In this document: positions 62,201-64,000 of the stretch, one piece after another
How the letters are laid out: each line of letters starts with the position of its first letter
How positions within the stretch are numbered: the first letter of the stretch is position 1
Source of the DNA: Macrostomum hystrix
Lineage: Eukaryota > Animalia > Platyhelminthes
NCBI GenBank assembly: GCA_950097015.1
Contig: CATNEN010000001.1
Location: 6,324,001 to 6,388,000 of the forward strand
Length of the DNA: 64,000 nucleotides
Reading direction: 5' to 3'
The notes under the pieces: generated by a model
What the model was told of the DNA's origin: nothing
The model's database searches: none
What the model saw: the letters and a program-made list of their open reading frames with translations, nothing else
Made by a program: the position numbers and the translations under genes

Positions 62201-63069
62201 TACGGCCAGAACCATTTGAATATCTCGACGGTCTGAAGAGCTGGCGACTTGATTCTTGTTTCAGAAGATGCGCAACAAAAATTTGACCCGTGTTCTTGAG
62301 TTTCGTGTGCGTGTGCTTCTCCGTTAGGGTGCAGCACAAAAAATTGTCAGGGGGGCTTTGCCCCCCTTCGTAATTTTTGGTGTGTGTGGCGTCCCCCAGG
62401 TCATGGACTGAACAGCTGTACACACTGTTGTTCTGAACTGAACTACAGCAGTTCAGGACTGAACAGCTGTAGAAACTCAATGCGCTAACACATTCTAGAA
62501 AGCTATACACAAACTTTGAAAGCGCCAGCAATAGCTGCGGCTTTGCTGTTGGCTGTACATCTGCTCAGCTGGGCTATGTGTAATTACTTCTATTTATGAT
62601 ATTCTTTGTACATCTATTAGAACTTTTCGATTTTTATCGCGTAGATTCGTAGAACATGCTATGCAAGGAAGCATACTCGTACATATACGCAAATGTAAGG
62701 CTCCTATCAGTTAACACTTACGTGTATACCTCTGCCGCATCCCTGACTATGTAGCCAATAGAAATTGACCGGGTGATTCCCAAGGTCGTCCTCAATAGTG
62801 CAACGTGACAAGTGACCTTCGCTGTTCTAAAAATAGCTTGCAAAATAAGCAACGAAACTGCCATCCAGGCCCACCCCAGTTGTTGGACATGATCGACACG
62901 GAGAAAGGCCAGACTGCACTGCACAAGGCCAGCTGGTATCAGCGCAGACAGATCTGTCACCTGTTGGTGCAGGCTGGAGCCAGTCTGACTATTACGGACT
63001 TCTCCGGCCTGACACCCAGACAGCAAGCTCAACGTGCGGAAGACAGCGAACTGGCGCTCTGGTTAGAGA
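14194..63069 (+). CDS. DGKZ: Type IV diacylglycerol kinase (DGKzeta/iota, rdgA-like), multi-exon gene span; the last exon may lie beyond the window
   Basis: Manually spliced exons, all GT-AG with matching phases, give C1A, C1B, MARCKS-like basic region, DAGKc ([33 protein letters not shown]), DAGKa ([26 protein letters not shown]) and ankyrin repeats. This is the diagnostic type IV architecture. About 1093 codons from exon 1A or about 1389 from exon 1B within the window. Confidence 0.95.
14582..14740. repeat. Polypyrimidine (CT-rich) tract; a similar tract lies at 35047-35230
   Basis: Nearly pure C/T. Confidence 0.85.
15276..16330. repeat. 22-25-bp purine-rich minisatellite (GAGAGAGGAGATGATGAGACGGCGC)
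   Basis: Tandem periodicity. Confidence 0.95.
16765..18853. repeat. 24-bp minisatellite (AACCAAGAATCGCAGCTAGAMCCA)
   Basis: Tandem, roughly 87 units. Confidence 0.97.
19333..22850. repeat. 34-bp minisatellite (ACTTGCTGAGCCTGAAACTTCATCGACCATRGAC) with higher-order structure
   Basis: Tandem, roughly 100 units. Confidence 0.97.
23637..24498. repeat. 34-bp minisatellite (AAAACTGAATGTACATCCTCATTCAAACCCCRCC)
   Basis: Tandem periodicity. Confidence 0.95.
24991..25280 (+). mobile_element. SINE family A copy
   Basis: Colinear with family A, small deletions. Confidence 0.8.
25858..26100 (+). mobile_element. SINE family B copy
   Basis: Colinear; CAGTCCATGGACTG palindrome. Confidence 0.8.
26838..27961 (+). 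CDS. DGKZ: Candidate alternative first coding exon 1B (374-codon Ser-rich N-terminus)
   Basis: Non-repetitive 375-aa ORF whose stop lies inside a TC|GTGAGT donor; phase 2 matches the acceptor at 32229. Confidence 0.75.
28073..28410 (+). repeat. 16-bp family minisatellite (CCGTGTCTCATCTCTC)
   Basis: Tandem periodicity. Confidence 0.9.
30449..31040. repeat. 22-bp minisatellite (GAAGAACTGAAGCTGAGACCTT)
   Basis: Tandem periodicity. Confidence 0.93.
31498..31740 (+). mobile_element. SINE family B copy
   Basis: Colinear with family B. Confidence 0.8.
32229..32340 (+). CDS. DGKZ: DGK first shared exon (KSAAS...NSVDWT)
   Basis: ttctttccatcag acceptor, GTGAGC donor; the VDW motif precedes C1A in DGKzeta. 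Confidence 0.85.
32360..32968. repeat. 28-bp minisatellite (CTAATGACTGATTGAGTTTATGACCAAT)
   Basis: Tandem; fills most of the intron. Confidence 0.95.
33069..33152 (+). CDS. DGKZ: DGK exon, C1A part 1 ([28 protein letters not shown])
   Basis: ctacag acceptor, GTAAGT donor; GEH.W...SGDFCYVGE motif. Confidence 0.95.
33233..33307 (+). CDS. DGKZ: DGK exon, C1A part 2 ([25 protein letters not shown])
   Basis: tgcag acceptor, GTGAGC donor; CxxC-x4-H-xxC zinc ligands. Confidence 0.95.
33379..34603. repeat. 20-bp minisatellite (GGAAGTAGATTAGMGAYTGR)
   Basis: Tandem periodicity. Confidence 0.97.
35752..36125. repeat. 22-bp minisatellite (GTTTCTGAATCTTCAGGGCCTY)
   Basis: Tandem, degenerate. Confidence 0.9.
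36284..36355 (+). CDS. DGKZ: DGK exon ([24 protein letters not shown])
   Basis: accag acceptor, GTGATA donor; FRCKPxFRE motif. Confidence 0.9.
36462..36527 (+). CDS. DGKZ: DGK exon, C1B part 1 ([22 protein letters not shown])
   Basis: atcag acceptor, GTACTT donor; [13 protein letters not shown] motif. Confidence 0.95.
36613..37012 (+). CDS. DGKZ: DGK exon, C1B part 2 plus MARCKS-like basic region
   Basis: tctttcag acceptor, G|GTGAGT donor; [36 protein letters not shown]. Confidence 0.95.
37127..39920 (+). mobile_element. SINE family A copy split by a 2.4-kb minisatellite (5' part 37127-37440, 3' part about 39859-39920)
   Basis: Consensus ...GCTGCGG^GTCTAGTGTCACCAAATGATGTGCCATTGCCC resumes after the array. 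Confidence 0.85.
37429..39858 (+). repeat. 16-bp family minisatellite, 2.4 kb
   Basis: Tandem CCGTGTCTCATCTCTC. Confidence 0.97.
39933..40377 (+). CDS. DGKZ: DGK exon, catalytic DAGKc domain
   Basis: tttttcag acceptor, CG|GTGTGT donor; [30 protein letters not shown]. Confidence 0.97.
40417..40605 (+). mobile_element. SINE family A, internally deleted copy
   Basis: Head remnant joined to GAGAAAGTCAGGGCAGATGTACAC...CTAGTGTCACCAAA. Confidence 0.8.
40625..41126. repeat. 27-bp minisatellite (TTTCTAATCCTTATTAGATKTCACCTG)
   Basis: Tandem; internal TCTAAT/ATTAGA inverted repeat. Confidence 0.95.
41317..41468 (+). CDS. DGKZ: DGK exon, start of accessory domain (WNITVEPN...[21 protein letters not shown])
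   Basis: ccttcag acceptor, G|GTAATT donor. Confidence 0.95.
41989..42044 (+). CDS. DGKZ: DGK exon ([19 protein letters not shown])
   Basis: tttttcag acceptor, GTGAGT donor; NPExFNSR motif. Confidence 0.95.
43706..43960 (-). repeat. Copia 3' LTR (255 bp)
   Basis: Identical to 48096-48350; preceded on the element strand by the purine-rich tract AAGTGGGAG (43961-43969). Confidence 0.97.
44068..47943 (-). CDS. Copia gag-pol polyprotein (1291 aa)
   Basis: Domain order gag (NYxxW; zinc knuckle [14 protein letters not shown]), protease ([11 protein letters not shown]), integrase ([38 protein letters not shown]), RT ([12 protein letters not shown]), RNase H (YSDADWAG). Integrase before RT is the copia order. 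Confidence 0.98.
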   Translation of the reverse strand: MSFDAKLLVEKLDSSNYNIWKFKMKNVLMERELWEVVNGTETLAEDATNEVKVHFNRRANKALATIVLAVADSQIHLIEDAETPKEAWNKLKTHFERSTLANKLFLNRKLQALKMEEGASMQEHINQLKDIVKRLSAIGAGVPEDYQVTILLNSLPKSYDGLITALESRADDLTMEFVHERLLHEESKRLEQESCGSSSNSKALVGFNKQQHQSVRPKVCFFCNKPGHVKKQCYKYKNSLSVTGATSTSSRPQEFNRNRRKHQAKIADFPESVGKEDSNASGEDSAFSAVSLGASKESISTTWIVDSGATNHMTNDRTNFVDFQKLPVEEKISLADGHKLNATGKGIIRMHISVGSEMKLCKLTDVLYVPLMEQNLFSVSAVTRKGFSVKFSDDKCQIVDNKGTVAGEALKVGRLYKLKGISVTTESATIAKTNSLDLWHQRYGHLGEQDLKSLIHKKQVDGIDAKVGSISFCTACIEGKLHRTPFTKGVASRSSELLGLIHSDVCGPMQTTSIGGSKYFVTFIDDYSRYCSVYFMKNKSEVFEKFKNFQAFVTNQTGKSIKILRTDNGGEYTSREFEKFCVKNGIIHQTTVPHSPEQNGVAERMNRTLVEAARKMIAHAHIGKEFWAEAISTATYLRNRSSTSAINKAIPYQIWTGKKPNVQHLRVFGCVAYAHVPAERRHKFDSKAREVRFIGYSETSKGYRCFDFQTQTVFVSRDVTFKESCFVKQVSEKQERLQLNADTEAAASDFKCVSGNVDKQEVRRSTRDKKPVDRYVASVATQIEEPKTLKEALDSSFSRDWQEAANAEYESLMENKTWKLVELPKGRQTIGCKWVFRVKYKSDNLVDRFKARLVVKGYSQEHGVDYEETYAPVARFTSIRTLLALGIQRDWKIHQMDVVTAFLNGKLDEEIYMEQPEGFVVEGKETLVCKLERSLYGLKQAPRCWNQTLHDELLSLNLTQAKSEPCIYANSQSAIGVYVDDILLTASDDYMFVLKQELQSKFKMKDLGEFHYFLGVQATWNNGSLFLNQERYLNSVLSKFNMINCKPVSTPMDTSVKFYTAQDCDAKVDKTMYQAAVGSLSYAALATRPDISAAVGVLARYCSDPTEQHWSGVKRVLRYLKGTISSGLVFQKDSREIDLIGYSDADWAGDQNDRRSTTGHIFKLAECPISWSSKKQQTVALSTTEAEYMALSAATQEATWLQQLLRDLRIETVRCATILEDNQGCIALAKNPVYHSRSKHIDIRHHFVREKLVSGTLRLVYCPSEEMVADILTKALSNAKFQLLKELIPVR
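48060..48095 (-). promoter_or_regulatory. Primer-binding site complementary to the 5' half of initiator tRNA-Met
   Basis: GGTTATGGGCCC core (48084-48095) as in Drosophila copia; similarity to tRNAiMet continues to 48060. Confidence 0.9.
48096..48350 (-). repeat. Copia 5' LTR (255 bp)
   Basis: Element strand reads TGTTAA...TTAATA; followed directly by the PBS. Confidence 0.97.
49631..49693 (+). CDS. DGKZ: DGK exon ([21 protein letters not shown])
   Basis: aacag acceptor, GTGAGT donor; phase 0-0; fills the expected gap before CDG. Confidence 0.85.
50198..51660. repeat. 20-22-bp minisatellite (GCTGCTTAAATTGGTCCATA)
   Basis: Tandem with a positional gradient of variants. Confidence 0.96.
51788..51973 (+). 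CDS. DGKZ: DGK exon, accessory domain (CDGLTMT...[15 protein letters not shown]...[15 protein letters not shown])
   Basis: cccag acceptor, GTATTT donor. Confidence 0.95.
52129..52215 (+). CDS. DGKZ: DGK exon ([29 protein letters not shown])
   Basis: ttcag acceptor, GTGAGT donor. Confidence 0.95.
52305..52417 (+). CDS. DGKZ: DGK exon ([37 protein letters not shown])
   Basis: tttcag acceptor, GA|GTAAGG donor; DGEP motif. Confidence 0.95.
52774..54226 (+). repeat. 16-19-bp family minisatellite (CCGTGTCTCATCTCTC variants)
   Basis: Tandem periodicity. Confidence 0.96.
55207..55506 (+). mobile_element. SINE family B, full length (tRNA head, CORE-like central domain, 3' stem-loop)
   Basis: A box TAGCCTAGTGG, B box GGTTCGATTCCC; central TGTGTCCTTTAGCAAGACAATTAACTCTG...CTGTTAAATTGG resembles the MIR/CORE domain. 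Confidence 0.85.
55635..55777 (+). CDS. DGKZ: DGK exon (...[28 protein letters not shown])
   Basis: ccttag acceptor, T|GTGAGT donor; conserved type IV post-catalytic segment. Confidence 0.9.
55854..55933 (+). CDS. DGKZ: DGK exon ([26 protein letters not shown])
   Basis: ttttag acceptor, GTGAGT donor; PLG...DSDLE..R.HI.RL motif. Confidence 0.92.
56028..56091 (+). CDS. DGKZ: DGK exon ([21 protein letters not shown])
   Basis: ttttgcag acceptor, T|GTGAGT donor; LSxxWxFLD motif. Confidence 0.92.
56194..56703. mobile_element. Non-autonomous TIR element with 9-bp TSD (MULE/foldback-like, 510 bp)
   Basis: TIR GGTTTACTCCCGATTCGC / GCGAATCGGGAGTAAACC, subterminal 15-bp repeats (GATTCGCCGAATCCC), perfect TSD GTTAATATG at 56185-56193 and 56704-56712. 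Confidence 0.88.
56770..57128 (-). mobile_element. SINE family A, near full length (tRNA-derived head, ATT-rich tail)
   Basis: A box TGGCAGAGCGG, B box AAGTTCGATTCC; at least 9 related copies in the window. Confidence 0.85.
57221..57458 (+). CDS. DGKZ: DGK exon ([34 protein letters not shown]...)
   Basis: ttttag acceptor, AG|GTAAGC donor; RFxRID..QE.L.Y motif. Confidence 0.92.
57640..58826. repeat. 56-bp minisatellite with internal GAATGGGGTG/CACCCCATTC inverted repeat
   Basis: Tandem, period 56 in the core. Confidence 0.93.
59208..59351 (+). CDS. DGKZ: Candidate symmetric (phase 2-2) DGK linker exon (ASARKGSE...RRATAISD...KPADS)
   Basis: GC-rich 144-nt open island between tatag and AG|GTTGAG; frame compatible with neighbours, but weak splice sites and no recognised homology. 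Confidence 0.6.
59451..59868. mobile_element. Possible degenerate non-autonomous CMC/EnSpm-like element
   Basis: Imperfect TIRs CCCGCTAAAAAT... / ...TTTTTTACAGGG, AA on both flanks, internal repeats GATTCCATGCTYAGAA. Confidence 0.35.
60129..60650. mobile_element. Second, terminally eroded copy of the same MITE
   Basis: Colinear high similarity to 61845-62355 (for example CAGTGAAATTGGAGAAATTCGCGTCAGGGTGTCC). Confidence 0.75.
61408..61670 (+). CDS. DGKZ: DGK exon, ankyrin repeats part 1 (SEPGSPD...LIEACKRG...[21 protein letters not shown])
   Basis: tgcag acceptor chosen for phase 2, G|GTAAAC donor; ankyrin consensus. Confidence 0.9.
61725..62590 (+). mobile_element. SINE family B copy interrupted by a MITE (parts about 61725-61812 and 62378-62590)
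   Basis: Head before and 3' half after the MITE. Confidence 0.75.
61824..62370. mobile_element. Mariner-like non-autonomous element (MITE), nested in a SINE-B copy
   Basis: Imperfect TIRs (CGAGGGG...CCCTGA / TCAGGGG...CCCCTTCG), TA at the flanks, homologous to 60129-60650. Confidence 0.7.
62869..63069 (+). CDS. DGKZ: DGK exon, ankyrin repeats part 2 (PPQLLDMID...GQTALHKA...[21 protein letters not shown])
   Basis: tccag acceptor; ends at A|GTAAGA donor, or reads through to TAA at 63078-63080. Confidence 0.93.
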
Positions 63070-63153
63070 GTAAGATCTAAATCTGTTCGCCTCTCTAAAC
63101 TCCTCTCCTAGTGTTGATATTGTACCAGGAACCACTAGAAGTATAGACTACTA

Positions 63154-63780
63154 TACTCAGCAACAGCTAAAACCCCCACAACTCACGCTGTCACACGGGC
63201 ACAAAAGTTAAGCAATGTCTTTAATTCTAGTCTCAGTATCATGTGTAGGAACCACGAGCATGCAAAAGTGCCGTGACTCGTCGTGGCATCCTGATCACCA
63301 GCCGGTTGATGAACTCTTGGGGCAGCTGCTGCCAGGCATTCAGCACCGCCAGTCGCAACTGTTCAGCATTCTGTGGGGCATCCTGCTGAACTCTTCGCTT
63401 TACAAAGTCCCAGACATGCTCGATGGGGTTCATGTCTGGAGACTTTGACGGCCAGTTCAATGTGCGAATGCCGAGCTGCTCCTTCAGCAGCTGCACGTGT
63501 GCTGCTCGATGTGGCGCAGCGTTGTCGTCTTGAAGCATGCAGTTCTGCGGGCCGCCAAAGGTTGTCGTAGCAAATGGCAGACACCATGGCAATTAACCAT
63601 TGCGCAATGCAGCCACCAGTGGGTTGAGTTGCGCCACCCCCTCCCCAAATCCCCGATGCCGCACTTTGCGCTCGCGTCTGGCGGCGGCAGCCTCCACACA
63701 TTTCTGAGTCACCGATGGCATACAAAACTTTTGGGCCGTGTGACAGCGTGAGTTGGGGGGGGGTTAGCTGTTGCTGAGTA
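63154..63780 (-). mobile_element. Internally deleted Tc1-family DNA transposon (627 bp)
   Basis: About 55-bp TIRs (TACTCAGCAACAGCTAA...AACTCACGCTGTCACACGG), TA on both flanks, and a 3' transposase fragment. Confidence 0.93.
63239..63540 (-). pseudogene. C-terminal fragment of a Tc1 DD34E transposase
   Basis: QDDNAAPH...WPSKSPDMNPIEHVW with 34 residues between D and E; DNA-binding domain and first catalytic D are absent. Confidence 0.9.
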
Positions 63781-63845
63781 TATAAGAAAGCAAATAAACA
63801 GTTTGCCTTCTTAGAAATTAGGCATGGAATTATTTAAAATCAGAT

Positions 63846-64000
63846 CTGCCCATTACGCTGACTCCTGAGCACACACGTACTTAGATTACTGTACGAAGGC
63901 ACACGCTAACACAGGTGCATACATCTGCCCTGACTTTCTCCTCGTCAGGCAGTGTACACTTTCACTGTGGCTTGTTGGAGGTTGGCCTTCAAGGGCGTAA
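63846..64000 (-). mobile_element. SINE family A, runs off the window
   Basis: Same core. Confidence 0.8.

Noticed and set aside
1-64000. Assignment to a specific organism
   Set aside because: Gene style and repeat landscape suggest an invertebrate, perhaps a lophotrochozoan, but this needs a BLAST or phylogeny of the DGK protein.

Overview
Invertebrate-type metazoan genomic DNA with GT-AG introns; no prokaryotic features and no CRISPR array. From about 14.2 kb onward the + strand carries one large multi-exon gene for a type IV diacylglycerol kinase (DGKzeta/iota, rdgA-like): two C1 domains, a MARCKS-like basic stretch, the catalytic GGDGT motif, the accessory domain and ankyrin repeats. I reconstructed by hand 20 phase-consistent downstream exons (32229-63069; one may be a cassette) and two candidate alternative first exons (14194-14429, 26838-27961). 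Introns and upstream DNA hold about 17 minisatellite arrays, two tRNA-derived SINE families and several non-autonomous DNA transposons (Tc1, MULE-like, mariner-like, possibly CMC). They also hold one intact, very young Ty1/copia element (43706-48350) with identical 255-bp LTRs, TG...TA ends, a half-tRNAiMet PBS and TSD CTGTG, inserted into a 25-bp minisatellite. Most long ORFs in the supplied track are artefacts of stop-free repeats. I do not see a clearly new multi-gene system. The best leads are a 1.5-kb CpG-free island, the copia PBS extending over the whole 5' half of tRNAiMet, a minisatellite that splits a SINE and has absorbed SINE sequence, an inverted SINE pair flanking an in-frame catalytic-domain exon block, and alternative N- and C-termini of the kinase. 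All coordinates were read by eye; repeat and SINE boundaries are approximate.
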